From: Cellvibrionales bacterium UBA1969
GTDB lineage: Bacteria; Pseudomonadota; Gammaproteobacteria; Pseudomonadales; UBA7434
Reading direction: 5' to 3'
NCBI GenBank assembly: GCA_002339085.1
Contig: DDDX01000082.1
Coordinates: 4,058 to 68,057 of the forward strand
DNA: 64,000 bases
Positions 47,992-57,703 of this stretch are shown piece by piece; position 1 is the first letter of the stretch; every line of letters begins with the position of its first letter. A program made the translations under genes and the position numbers. The notes under the pieces are model-generated. The model was not told the DNA's origin. It ran no database searches and worked only from the letters and a program-made list of their open reading frames with translations.

Positions 47992-49071
47992 TTACAAATA
48001 ATGTTGTAACGTTTGTTTAAGTAAATCAGCATCAAAATCATTGCTGACAAAAGCATCGCCAATAGCGCGCAATAGTACTAGACGTAAGTGCCCATCAAGC
48101 ACTTTTTTATCCATGCCCATTAAGCCTAATATCGCATCGCTAGTCGGTAAATTAGCCGGCGCTGATACCGGCAGCCCCGCAGCCCCTATGAGTGCTATCG
48201 TACGCTCTAATACAGAAGCGTTAATTAAGCCTAAGCGTGTAGAAAGATCGAGAGCCATAATCATCCCGAAACCAACGGCTTCACCATGTAACCAAGCTTT
48301 ATACTCTGTTGCGGTCTCAATCGCGTGGCCAAACGTATGACCTAAATTAAGAATCGCACGAAAACCACCTTCACGCTCGTCGGCAGCCACTACTTTCGCT
48401 TTATTTTCGCAAGATCGTGCAATTGCATATTGCAAAGCCGCTTGGTCTCGCACAATTAATGCTGGCATATTTTGTTCGAGCCAAATAAAAAAATCAGCAT
48501 CACAGATTAAACCGTACTTAATTACCTCGGCTAAACCAGCTTGATATTCTCGTATAGGTAAGCTAGACAAAGTATCGGTATCAATTAATACGGCTGTAGG
48601 CTGATGAAAAGCACCAATCATATTTTTACCTAGAGCATGATTAACCCCAGTTTTACCCCCCACGGAAGAATCCACTTGGGCTAGCAAAGTGGTTGGCATC
48701 TGAATAAACTTGACGCCTCGCTGATAACAAGCTGCAGCGAAACCCGTCATATCACCGACGACACCGCCACCGAGCGCGAGCAACGTCGTCGTTCGATTAT
48801 GACGTTGGTTTAATAAGGCTTCAAAGACGCGCTCCACCGTTGCCAATTGCTTGAACTGTTCACCGTCTGGAAGGATTATCGTGTCTGCATTAGGTATCTT
48901 AGTCAGCAATGAGTCTAAATAAAGCGGCGCGATGGTTTCATTGGTTACTACCATCAATTGACCCGAGCCAATATACTGCTGTAATAATGCCTCGTCTTTT
49001 AAAAATCCCGCACCAATAATAATGGGATAACTTCGCTCGGCCAAGTCAACTTGAAGAGTAATAGATGTCAC
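47992..49071 (-). CDS. aroB: 3-dehydroquinate synthase
   Basis: [37 protein letters not shown] blocks. Confidence 0.95.
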   Translation of the reverse strand: MTSITLQVDLAERSYPIIIGAGFLKDEALLQQYIGSGQLMVVTNETIAPLYLDSLLTKIPNADTIILPDGEQFKQLATVERVFEALLNQRHNRTTTLLALGGGVVGDMTGFAAACYQRGVKFIQMPTTLLAQVDSSVGGKTGVNHALGKNMIGAFHQPTAVLIDTDTLSSLPIREYQAGLAEVIKYGLICDADFFIWLEQNMPALIVRDQAALQYAIARSCENKAKVVAADEREGGFRAILNLGHTFGHAIETATEYKAWLHGEAVGFGMIMALDLSTRLGLINASVLERTIALIGAAGLPVSAPANLPTSDAILGLMGMDKKVLDGHLRLVLLRAIGDAFVSNDFDADLLKQTLQHYL

Positions 49072-49227
49072 GTTTGCGAACCTTTTTCAGTGAATATCTG
49101 ATATTTAACCATTAACAACGATAAAGTCAAAGATCTGCCTCTTAGACAAAAAATTCAGCTATTCATCCATTGAGCCAACCGCTTTGAGATGGCCATAAAA
49201 AACATGATTTATAGCGCTAGTTCTTAC

Positions 49228-49752
49228 TTAGAGTACGGGAAGATTCAAGCGCTTAACAATCGATTGCGCCGTTAAGCGCGGCTTGTTATTTTCAGTCGCA
49301 ATAATAATATCAGCCACTTCTCGATAGAGGGGCTCACGAATTATCATCAAATTTTTAAGCGTCTGGGCTGGATCGCCCTCATTCAATAAAGGCCTTGAGC
49401 GGTCATTTCCTGTCCGTCTCAACTGCTGACTAACACTAGTTTGCAAAAAAACTGAGGTGCCAGATTGATTCAACAATTGCCGATTTTCCTCGCGCATAAC
49501 AATACCGCCACCGGTAGCAATAACAGCAGGTGAAGATTGGCAGATATGATAGAGCACTTTATGCTCTCGGTCGCGAAACCCCTGCTCACCTTCAACATCA
49601 AATATCCATGGGATATCAGCGCCACTTCGCTGCTCTATCTCGTGATCGGTATCGATGAAAGGTAATTGCAAAGCACTTGCCAAATAACGACCGATGGTCG
49701 TTTTCCCAGCGCCCATTGGGCCAACCAGAAATATTCTCGTTGCGTCTGACAT
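49228..49752 (-). CDS. aroK: shikimate kinase
   Basis: IFLVGPMGAGKTTIGR Walker A, FRDREH, GGG loop. 174 aa. Confidence 0.95.
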   Translation of the reverse strand: MSDATRIFLVGPMGAGKTTIGRYLASALQLPFIDTDHEIEQRSGADIPWIFDVEGEQGFRDREHKVLYHICQSSPAVIATGGGIVMREENRQLLNQSGTSVFLQTSVSQQLRRTGNDRSRPLLNEGDPAQTLKNLMIIREPLYREVADIIIATENNKPRLTAQSIVKRLNLPVL

Positions 49753-49792
49753 ACAGCACCGACTTCTTTCGCTTTGTGTTTAAAGAAGCTAT

Positions 49793-50462
49793 TTATAGCA
49801 CAGCGCAACTAAACAAGTCTAACATGCTATCAGTTAATATTTTAGGTGTTATTAAAATCAGCGACTTATTTTTTTGATAGCCAAAGATAGCTCGCTTGAA
49901 CAGTCTGTACAAAAGGGGAATATCACCCAGCAAAGACACTTTAGTTTCTTGCTCTAGCTGGCTTTTTCTAAAAATGCCGCCTAAAAATATGGGCTTATCA
50001 TTATCCATTAAGGCATGAGTTCTAATTTGATTTTTCAAAAAAATAGGCACTTGTGAATTATTTTAGCCATACACTTTGTTTTCACTGCGGGGGCATTGTT
50101 TAATCACTAAGTCCAAGATTAAAGGTTATCGGTGGTAATTCTGGGCCTTAAACGTAAACTTAAAACGCCTCTTTAAATTTAATTATAGAGCAACCACTAG
50201 CCGAATATTCTTCATTAGGAATTTCTTTACCTGACTTAATTTCAGCCTCTTGTTTATCGCTAGCAATAATTCTTGGCTGCGAAATGATTTTGCCGCGACC
50301 TTCAACGGCAATGACCCTTAACTCAACATTAAGTGCGAAATTATCACTGAGAAAACCAATGGCAAAGGACTGTGAGTGTCCAAGCGCTTCAATAACACCT
50401 AGGTCAACAAATTCTGCCCCAGGAAAATGAAGGCTAACATTACCATTGGCAAAATCAAACAC
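49793..50462 (-). pseudogene. pilQ: decayed 3' remnant of the type IV pilus secretin gene pilQ
   Basis: Three colinear minus-strand pieces match the C-terminal secretin domain. (1) 50462-50160: ...VELRVIAVEGRGKIISQPRIIASDKQEAEIKSGKEIP. (2) My translation of 50159-50051: FTFKAQNYHR*PLILDLVIKQ. (3) 50050-49793: ...KPIFLGGIF...VSLLGDIPLLYRLFK...SLILITPKIL. They are broken by stops or frame changes, and the N-terminal two thirds is absent. Confidence 0.75.
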
Positions 50463-50588
50463 ACTACTTTAGAAATTTATTTAAGTTTTATCGCTACTAA
50501 AGGAGATTTTTACCTATTTTATTTTCTCTGTTTTCGTTATCCTGTCAGTCTTTGAATAGCTTTGTTTACCAAGGTCAAACAGACAGTT

Positions 50589-53138
50589 ATGCAAGCGCGA
50601 AAGTTCCTATTTAAAACTTTTTTTACATTAGCGTTACTAAGCGCGCTCTCTGGTTTGATTGTTATTTGTGCGACATACCTCTATCTTAGTCCTAAGTTAC
50701 CTTCGGTTGATGTTCTTCAAGAAGCAAAAATGCAAGTCCCTTTGCGAATCTATTCACAAAATGGAAAATTAATGGGTGAGTTTGGTGAGAAACTTCGAAC
50801 TCCAATCCGCAAAGAGGATGTGCCTCCCCAGTTTATCAATGCCATTCTTTCAGCTGAAGATGATAGATTTTTACAACACCAAGGCGTCGATCTTGCCGGA
50901 TTACTACGGGCAGCACTTCAACTTTTTGCCTCCGGTAAAATTCAAAGTGGCGGCAGCACCATTACCATGCAAGTTGCACGCAATTTTTTCTTGAGCAGTG
51001 AAAAAACATTCTTGCGTAAATTCAACGAGATTTTTTTAGCGATCCAAATCGAACAGAGTCTTACAAAAGATCAAATTCTTGAGCTCTATATGAATAAAAT
51101 TTTTTTAGGTAAGCGAGCATACGGCATAGAAGCTGCTGCGCAGGTCTATTACGGTAAGTCGATTAATGAATTAGACTTAGCGCAACTCGCCATGATTGCC
51201 GGTTTGCCCAAAGCACCTTCGGCCTACAACCCGATTAATAACTCACAACGTGCCAAAATAAGGCGAGATTGGATTCTTGGTAGGATGAACAAATTAGGTT
51301 TTATTACCGCTGCTGAGTTCGCAATGCATTCCGCTCAGCCTGTCACCGCTCGCTATCATGGCACTACGCTAGAGTTAAATGCTGGCCATGCTGCAGAAAT
51401 AGCTCGTAATCTTGCCATAGAAAAGCTTGGCCTTAAGGCTTATACCGACGGTTTCACCATCACAACAACCATCGACAGCCACCAACAGGAAGCGGCGCAG
51501 CAAGCCATAGAAAACGGCTTATTTAATTACGATTTAAGGCATGGCCACCGTGGGCCTGAACAGACTTTTCCTATAGAGGAGCGTGATCAGTGGTCTGCAA
51601 TGATCAATCAACTACGGCCGATCAATGGGCTAGAGCCCGCAGTGATTACGGCTTTTTCTGACCAGCCCATCCTGGCTCAAGGAAACCCTCAACAACTGCC
51701 CAACCCGAAGCAGGCTGATAATGACGACCCGTTAATTCAACCGCAAGCTTATGTTCATCTTTTACTCTCTGATAATCGTGAAATCGCTTTCAAGTGGAAT
51801 AAAAAAGCCAATCCCATCAGACCTTACATCACTGAAAATAAACGAGGAGTAGGTATAAAATCCTTAACTGAATTATTTGAGCCAGGTGATGTTATTCGAA
51901 TAAAAATATCGCCCGAAAGTAATGAAGTTTTTTTGACACAACTGCCCGATGTAAATGCTAGCTTAGTGGCTATTCGTCCTAATCAAGGAGCAATTAGTGC
52001 ACTCATTGGCGGCTTTGACTTTCAGTCAAGTAAATTTAATCGCGCCACTCAAGCCCATCGTCAGACTGGCTCCAATTTAAAGCCTTTCATCTATGCTGCC
52101 GCTATCGAAAATGGCTTTACTGCAGCCAGTCTTATTAACGATGCACCAATCGTATTTTCAGATCAACAACTTGAAAGTGACTGGCGACCACAAAACTCAG
52201 GTGGCACCTTCTCTGGGCCAACGACCCTCCGAGAAGCGCTTTATCAATCAAAAAATTTGGTTTCAATCCGACTACTTCAGGAGCTAGGTATTCGTAAAGC
52301 AATCACTTATTTAGAGCGCTTTAACTTTAACGAACGAGCTTTGCCGAGAGATCTTTCCCTTGCATTAGGCAGTTACGCAATGACGCCCTTGCAACTCGCA
52401 ACCGCTTATTCAAGCATTGCTAACGGTGGTTTTAAAGTGACTCCTTTTCTTGTTGACGAAATCATCGACCGCAATGGAAAGGTCGTTTTTAAATCGCCTC
52501 GCGTAGAGGTTTGCTCAAACTGTGACAACTCAACAAGTTCGACAAAAAAATCGAGCAAAATAGAAAACCAAGATTTTATCGAGGCTGACTCGCTGGACGC
52601 CCTACTAGAACAGGAACTTCAAGCAGAGAAGGCTAAAGAAACTAAACAAGCCGACCGTATTATGGACTCCCGTGTGGTCTATATCATCGATAGCATTTTA
52701 AAGGACGCCATACAGAAAGGCACAGCAATAAAAGCTAGGGGCTTAGGACGCAAAGATTTAGCGGGAAAAACGGGAACAACCAACGGCCCTACCGACGCCT
52801 GGTTCTCTGGCTATCATCCTGATTTAGCCGTTACGACTTGGCTGGGGTTTGACAGCAACAAGAATATTGGCACCCGCGAATACGGTGGTTCAGCAGCGCT
52901 ACCTATTTGGATAGACTTTATGCAAGAAAATCTTAATCGCCTGGAGACAACAACACCTATTCGCCCAAGTGGCATGGTATCGGTTAAAATCGATAGCCGT
53001 ACAGGCAAGGCGGCAAATGACTCGTCAAAAAATACCCGCTTTGAATTATTCCTAGAGGAACACTCGCCACAGCAATCATCAACAAGGCAAAATTCAACTA
53101 AGCCCAAAGAAACACAACTTAACGAAGAGTTGTTTTAG
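50589..53138 (+). CDS. mrcA: penicillin-binding protein 1A (bifunctional transglycosylase/transpeptidase)
   Basis: EDDRFLQHQGVD and GGSTITMQVARN (GT51). GSNLKPFIYAAA (SxxK), SKN, KTGTTN (transpeptidase). ATG 50589 gives a typical N-terminal TM anchor; the ORF track uses TTG 50562. Confidence 0.9.
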   Translation: MQARKFLFKTFFTLALLSALSGLIVICATYLYLSPKLPSVDVLQEAKMQVPLRIYSQNGKLMGEFGEKLRTPIRKEDVPPQFINAILSAEDDRFLQHQGVDLAGLLRAALQLFASGKIQSGGSTITMQVARNFFLSSEKTFLRKFNEIFLAIQIEQSLTKDQILELYMNKIFLGKRAYGIEAAAQVYYGKSINELDLAQLAMIAGLPKAPSAYNPINNSQRAKIRRDWILGRMNKLGFITAAEFAMHSAQPVTARYHGTTLELNAGHAAEIARNLAIEKLGLKAYTDGFTITTTIDSHQQEAAQQAIENGLFNYDLRHGHRGPEQTFPIEERDQWSAMINQLRPINGLEPAVITAFSDQPILAQGNPQQLPNPKQADNDDPLIQPQAYVHLLLSDNREIAFKWNKKANPIRPYITENKRGVGIKSLTELFEPGDVIRIKISPESNEVFLTQLPDVNASLVAIRPNQGAISALIGGFDFQSSKFNRATQAHRQTGSNLKPFIYAAAIENGFTAASLINDAPIVFSDQQLESDWRPQNSGGTFSGPTTLREALYQSKNLVSIRLLQELGIRKAITYLERFNFNERALPRDLSLALGSYAMTPLQLATAYSSIANGGFKVTPFLVDEIIDRNGKVVFKSPRVEVCSNCDNSTSSTKKSSKIENQDFIEADSLDALLEQELQAEKAKETKQADRIMDSRVVYIIDSILKDAIQKGTAIKARGLGRKDLAGKTGTTNGPTDAWFSGYHPDLAVTTWLGFDSNKNIGTREYGGSAALPIWIDFMQENLNRLETTTPIRPSGMVSVKIDSRTGKAANDSSKNTRFELFLEEHSPQQSSTRQNSTKPKETQLNEELF

Positions 53139-54400
53139 CTATATTTCTTTTCGTCGAATGGCAATTGTGCCACACCACTCTCAACTGCCGCTTGAGCGAC
53201 AGCCGCAGACACTTGGTTTAATAAGCGCGGATCAAGGGGTTTGGGAATGATATATTCTTTGCCGTAACTTAATGTCAGTAAACCACAGGCTTTCGCTACC
53301 GCCGAAGGCACAGCCTCTCTTGCTAGATCCTTGAGCGCATGCACTGCCGCAATCTTCATCGCTTCATTAATTTCACTCGCTCTGACATCAAGCGCCCCCC
53401 TAAATATATAGGGAAAGCCTAAGACATTATTAACCTGATTCGGTAAATCAGAACGCCCCGTCGCCATGATAATATCGTCGCGAGTCGCATGCGCAAGTGC
53501 AGGTGAAATTTCTGGATCAGGATTAGAACAAGCAAAAATAACCGGATTAGCCGCCATCGTTAATAATGCTTCTGGCTTCAGTAAATTCGAGCCCGAAAGA
53601 CCAATAAAAACATCGGCGTCAATACAGGCGTCATCGAGCGTTCTCGCCTCAGTCTGCAAAGCAAATTCGGCTTTAAATTCATTCACCTCTTTTCGGCCTT
53701 GATAGATAACGCCTAAGCGATCCAACATAACAATGTTTTCGGCGTTGGCACCTAAACTAACTAATAATCGCATGCCCGCAATGGCCGCCGAACCAGCACC
53801 CAAACAAACAATTTTCGCACTAGCCAGCGTTTTACCTTGTAGCTCAAGGGCATTGATTAATGCCGCGGCTGTCACAATCGCTGTGCCATGTTGATCGTCA
53901 TGAAACACGGGAATATCGCAAAGCTCTTGTAAGCGCCTTTCAATCTCAAAGCATTCAGGTGCTTTAATATCTTCAAGATTAATGCCACCAAAGGTTTTAG
54001 AAATATTTCTGACAGTTTCAATAAAACTTTCAGTGTCCTCGGTATCAACCTCAACATCAATAGAATCAATTTTTCCAAAACGCTTAAACAATAAAGCCTT
54101 GCCTTCCATTACCGGCTTGCTAGCCAACGCGCCCAAATTACCTAAACCAAGAATAGCGCTGCCATTACTGATCACGGCAACCAAGTTGGCCTTAATGGTG
54201 AAGTTGTATGCGAGTTCTGGATTTTCGGCAATTGCCCTGACTGGCTCAGCCACGCCTGGACTATAAGCAAGGGCAAGATCGTCTTGCGTCTCTGCCGAGG
54301 TCGTTAATGCAATTGAAATCTTGCCAGGCGCTGGGAATGCGTGATAATCGAGAGCCGCTTGCCGAGGGGCATCTTTAGAAAAGCGAGTTGTCATAATCAA
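53135..54400 (-). CDS. NAD(P)-dependent malic enzyme (short form, no PTA domain)
   Basis: 421 aa. LALAYSPGVAEP, FHDDQHGTAIV, GAGSAAIA dinucleotide motif. Confidence 0.9.
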   Translation of the reverse strand: MIMTTRFSKDAPRQAALDYHAFPAPGKISIALTTSAETQDDLALAYSPGVAEPVRAIAENPELAYNFTIKANLVAVISNGSAILGLGNLGALASKPVMEGKALLFKRFGKIDSIDVEVDTEDTESFIETVRNISKTFGGINLEDIKAPECFEIERRLQELCDIPVFHDDQHGTAIVTAAALINALELQGKTLASAKIVCLGAGSAAIAGMRLLVSLGANAENIVMLDRLGVIYQGRKEVNEFKAEFALQTEARTLDDACIDADVFIGLSGSNLLKPEALLTMAANPVIFACSNPDPEISPALAHATRDDIIMATGRSDLPNQVNNVLGFPYIFRGALDVRASEINEAMKIAAVHALKDLAREAVPSAVAKACGLLTLSYGKEYIIPKPLDPRLLNQVSAAVAQAAVESGVAQLPFDEKKYS

Positions 54401-54611
54401 CCATCAATATAGCCAAAGAAAAGGCCGGTCACCATGATTAAAATACTGTATCAAACAGGGACAGACACAAAGTAAAGACAGAGTAAGGCGCTTAGGCAAG
54501 CATGGAAAGTAAAAGGATAGTGAATTTTATAAATTAGCGGGGATTCATCCTGCCTAGGAAACCGATAATGACGCTTTTCATCAATAACTTAATTATACTG
54601 AATGGCTATGC

Positions 54612-54635
54612 CAGCTACAGAAAACACTGTAGCTG
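54612..54635 (-). terminator. possible terminator hairpin downstream of the L31 gene
   Basis: Perfect 9-bp inverted repeat CAGCTACAG-aaaaca-CTGTAGCTG, 26 nt beyond the stop at 54661. There is no clean U-tract, hence the low confidence. Confidence 0.3.
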
Positions 54636-54660
54636 ATGAGAGAAAATAAACCAGAGCTTA

Positions 54661-54918
54661 CTACTTCTTAGTCGAACGATTACCGAAGCGTTTATTAAAG
54701 CGATCAACACGACCACCGGTATCCAATATCTTTTGTTGGCCGGTATAAAACGGGTGCGATGCCGATGAAGTATCTACCGTACAGTAGGGATAGGTTTTTC
54801 CATCCTTCCATTCTATTGTCTGGCTGGTTTTCAGTGTTGAGCGAGTCATAAAGTACTCATCGACACTGGTGTCATGAAAAATAACGGTTTGGTATTCTGG
54901 ATGTATATCTGCTTTCAT
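54661..54918 (-). CDS. rpmE2: 50S ribosomal protein L31, type B (zinc-independent form)
   Basis: [23 protein letters not shown]...[18 protein letters not shown] is near-identical in pattern to E. coli YkgM and lacks the CxxC pairs of type A L31. ATG 54918 has an AGGA RBS; the ORF track extends to 54975. Confidence 0.85.
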   Translation of the reverse strand: MKADIHPEYQTVIFHDTSVDEYFMTRSTLKTSQTIEWKDGKTYPYCTVDTSSASHPFYTGQQKILDTGGRVDRFNKRFGNRSTKK

Positions 54919-55320
54919 GGGTTTTCCTTGATCAGTGCGTGATACCGCTCTCCGATTCACTTGCGACTCTATCATTTCTAGGCCAGCAATCGGTACCGTA
55001 TCGACTAGTATCAGTTAGACAGCGCGGGATTCTACCAGAATCATACCAGCACGCAAGCGAATTGGGGGGGTATTCTCTGCCCTAGCTCTGATCATTTTGT
55101 ATACTCAACCAACCTTTGATCGATTAAAAATATACCTTCTTACCCAAAAAATAAAAATAATACATTATAATCAATAACTTAATGATATGTTCGCCAATCG
55201 TTTTCTCTGGGTGGTTTACTGCCGTAACTATAGAGCCTATTACGGCGAAACAGAGTAAACTAGATACCAGTCAAAACGACCCAAATACAATTTCTGATGG
55301 CCCAGGATTTCAACCCCTCG

Positions 55321-57561
55321 ATGAGCAGCAACCCAGCACGGATTATTCAAGTTGTGATTGCCTCTCCATTACGGCAATTTTTTGATTATTTGCCTGCCGA
55401 AGGAAAACTCGCTAAAGACTACTTAGTGGGCAGTCGCGTGCAAGTCCCTTTTGGAAGAAGGAATATTACCGGCATCGTGATCGGCCATAGCGACTCATCG
55501 GCTATTGCCGCCAATAAACTTAAAGCCATTCTTAGCTCACTTGATAGCGTTGCCTTGCTCGATCAAGAGATGCTGACACTGGGTCGGTGGATGAGTCAGT
55601 ATTATCATCACCCGCTAGGCGATGCTATTCTCAATTTGTTGCCCACTAAGCTACGTAAGGGCGGTGCTTATGACGCTTACACTCAGCAATATTGGCAAAT
55701 TAGCCAACATGGCTTAGGGCTCGATGATCAAGCACTAAGTCGCGCACCCAAACAGCAGTCGCTGCTGAACCGACTCCGCCAACAGGCACTTGACGAGCAT
55801 TCGCATGCCGCTATTCCCGAGCAACAAATAACCGCAGAGGGGCACTCTCGCACTACGGCATTGGCATTGGCAAAAAAAGCACTCATCCTTCAGTCTTCAC
55901 GAGGCTATTACCCTAGAGACTGCCAAAGTTTACTGCAGGGCGAAGGCAATGATGTACTGCCGACACTCAACACAGAGCAACGCAATGCCGACCAACTGAT
56001 TGAACAGCAACTTAATCACTTTGCCACTGTTTTATTAGAGGGAATTACGGGCAGTGGTAAAACCGAGGTTTACCTTCGCGCCATTGCAAAAGTATTGACT
56101 CAACAACACCAGGCTTTGGTGCTAGTCCCTGAAATCGGCCTAACACCTCAGACTATTCAACGTTTTGTGGCACGCTTTAAAGTCCCTATCGCAATTTTTC
56201 ATTCAGGCCTCAATGACCGCGAACGACTGGCTGCCTGGACAGCTAGTAAAGAAGGTCGTGCAAGAATTATTATTGGCACACGCTCAGCCATTTTCACACC
56301 TACTCAGAACTTAGGTATTATCATCATTGATGAAGAACACGACAATTCCTATAAACAACAAGACGGTATTCGTTACTCGGCTAGGGATATCGCAATTATT
56401 TTGGCACAAAAACAAAAATTGCCGGTTATCTTGGGCTCTGCTACGCCATCTTTAGAGACTTATGCCAATGTCAATGCCAATAAATATCGCCATGTTGTCC
56501 TTCAGCAACGGGCAGGAAACGCCCAACCACCGGCTATTGAACTGGTTGATATTCGACGACAAGCCTTGCATCAAGGCTTGAGCGATCAGGCCATTAGCGC
56601 AATCAATAGTACACTTGCGGAAGGCAAGCAAGCGATGGTGTTTATCAATCGCCGCGGTTTTGCACAGTTATTAATGTGCCATGATTGTGGCTGGCAAGCA
56701 CAATGCAGTCAGTGCGATGCCCGGCTAACTCTCCATCAACGGCCGGCCACCCTTCGCTGCCATCATTGCGATTTCAGATCTGCAGTCCCCAGCCACTGCC
56801 CGCAATGTCAGTCAAAAAATCTGATGGATGTTGGTCAAGGCACCCAACGCAGTGCTGAAGCACTGTCTGATTTATTTCCACAGCATACAATTCTGCGTGT
56901 TGACCGTGACAGCACACAAGGAAAGCAAGCCATGGGAGCGCAAATCGAGCGCATTAATCGTGGTCAGGCAGCCATATTGGTGGGTACTCAGATGCTTGCC
57001 AAGGGTCATCACTTTGCCGCGTTAAGCTTGGTGTTGGTCTTAGATGTCGATCAAGGCCTTTATAGTCCTGACTTTCGAAGCGCTGAAAAAACCCTTCAGT
57101 TACTGACACAAGTAGCAGGTCGTGCCGGCCGAAGTGACACATTGGGACGGGTATTAATCCAAACGCATTTACCTGACCACCCTTTGTTAATAAATTGGCA
57201 GCAACACAGCTACCAAGGGGTAAAGGCGACGTTAATGGCCGAGCGAGAACTTTACTCACTGCCGCCTATCACGCATATGGCGATACTAAGAGCAGACAGC
57301 ACTAAGCCCCAACAAGCAATGCAAGTTCTTTCTCAGTTGTTACGCGATCATCCTGCCAATAATCACTGTCAAATATTAGGCCCATTAGCAAACATTATGG
57401 AAAAACGAGCCGGTCGACATCGCGCCCAATTAATTATCAAGTCACCGCAGAGAAAAGCCCTACACAACACTATCGAACAATTTGTACAGCAGTTTGAAGC
57501 CGCAAAATTGCCCAGCAGCCTTCGATGGAGTGTCGATATTGATCCGCAAGATGTCATCTAA
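55321..57561 (+). CDS. priA: primosomal replication protein N' (PriA helicase)
   Basis: GITGSGKTEVY, DEEHD, four CxxC zinc motifs (CHDCG..CSQCD..CHHCD..CPQC). ATG 55321 best matches usual PriA N-termini; the ORF track starts at 55297. Confidence 0.9.
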   Translation: MSSNPARIIQVVIASPLRQFFDYLPAEGKLAKDYLVGSRVQVPFGRRNITGIVIGHSDSSAIAANKLKAILSSLDSVALLDQEMLTLGRWMSQYYHHPLGDAILNLLPTKLRKGGAYDAYTQQYWQISQHGLGLDDQALSRAPKQQSLLNRLRQQALDEHSHAAIPEQQITAEGHSRTTALALAKKALILQSSRGYYPRDCQSLLQGEGNDVLPTLNTEQRNADQLIEQQLNHFATVLLEGITGSGKTEVYLRAIAKVLTQQHQALVLVPEIGLTPQTIQRFVARFKVPIAIFHSGLNDRERLAAWTASKEGRARIIIGTRSAIFTPTQNLGIIIIDEEHDNSYKQQDGIRYSARDIAIILAQKQKLPVILGSATPSLETYANVNANKYRHVVLQQRAGNAQPPAIELVDIRRQALHQGLSDQAISAINSTLAEGKQAMVFINRRGFAQLLMCHDCGWQAQCSQCDARLTLHQRPATLRCHHCDFRSAVPSHCPQCQSKNLMDVGQGTQRSAEALSDLFPQHTILRVDRDSTQGKQAMGAQIERINRGQAAILVGTQMLAKGHHFAALSLVLVLDVDQGLYSPDFRSAEKTLQLLTQVAGRAGRSDTLGRVLIQTHLPDHPLLINWQQHSYQGVKATLMAERELYSLPPITHMAILRADSTKPQQAMQVLSQLLRDHPANNHCQILGPLANIMEKRAGRHRAQLIIKSPQRKALHNTIEQFVQQFEAAKLPSSLRWSVDIDPQDVI

Positions 57562-57703
57562 ATACACGCCGACCTTGTCGGATGAGATCGGACTCGCCAT
57601 AATAGCAGGCAGCTGCTATTGCACCCGAATAAAGGACATTGCTGTTTACATTCAGGAAGCGACTAGCCTTGCACCGCTATAAGAAACTGAGACCACTGTA
57701 TTC

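Noticed and set aside
54919-55296. Zur box expected upstream of a type B L31 gene
   Set aside because: I found no palindrome resembling GAAATGTTATAWTATAACATTTC in the rpmE2/priA intergenic region. The absence is recorded as part of the L31 finding rather than as a feature.
55182-55385. 67-aa ORF overlapping the priA start
   Set aside because: It is in a different frame from PriA, has no family resemblance, and overlaps the conserved PriA N-terminus.
57562-57703. Hairpins after priA (CCGAC-cttg-GTCGG; AATAGCAG-gcag-CTGCTATT) as terminators
   Set aside because: Neither stem is followed by a U-tract, and argS starts 140 nt downstream on the same strand. The evidence is too weak to call.
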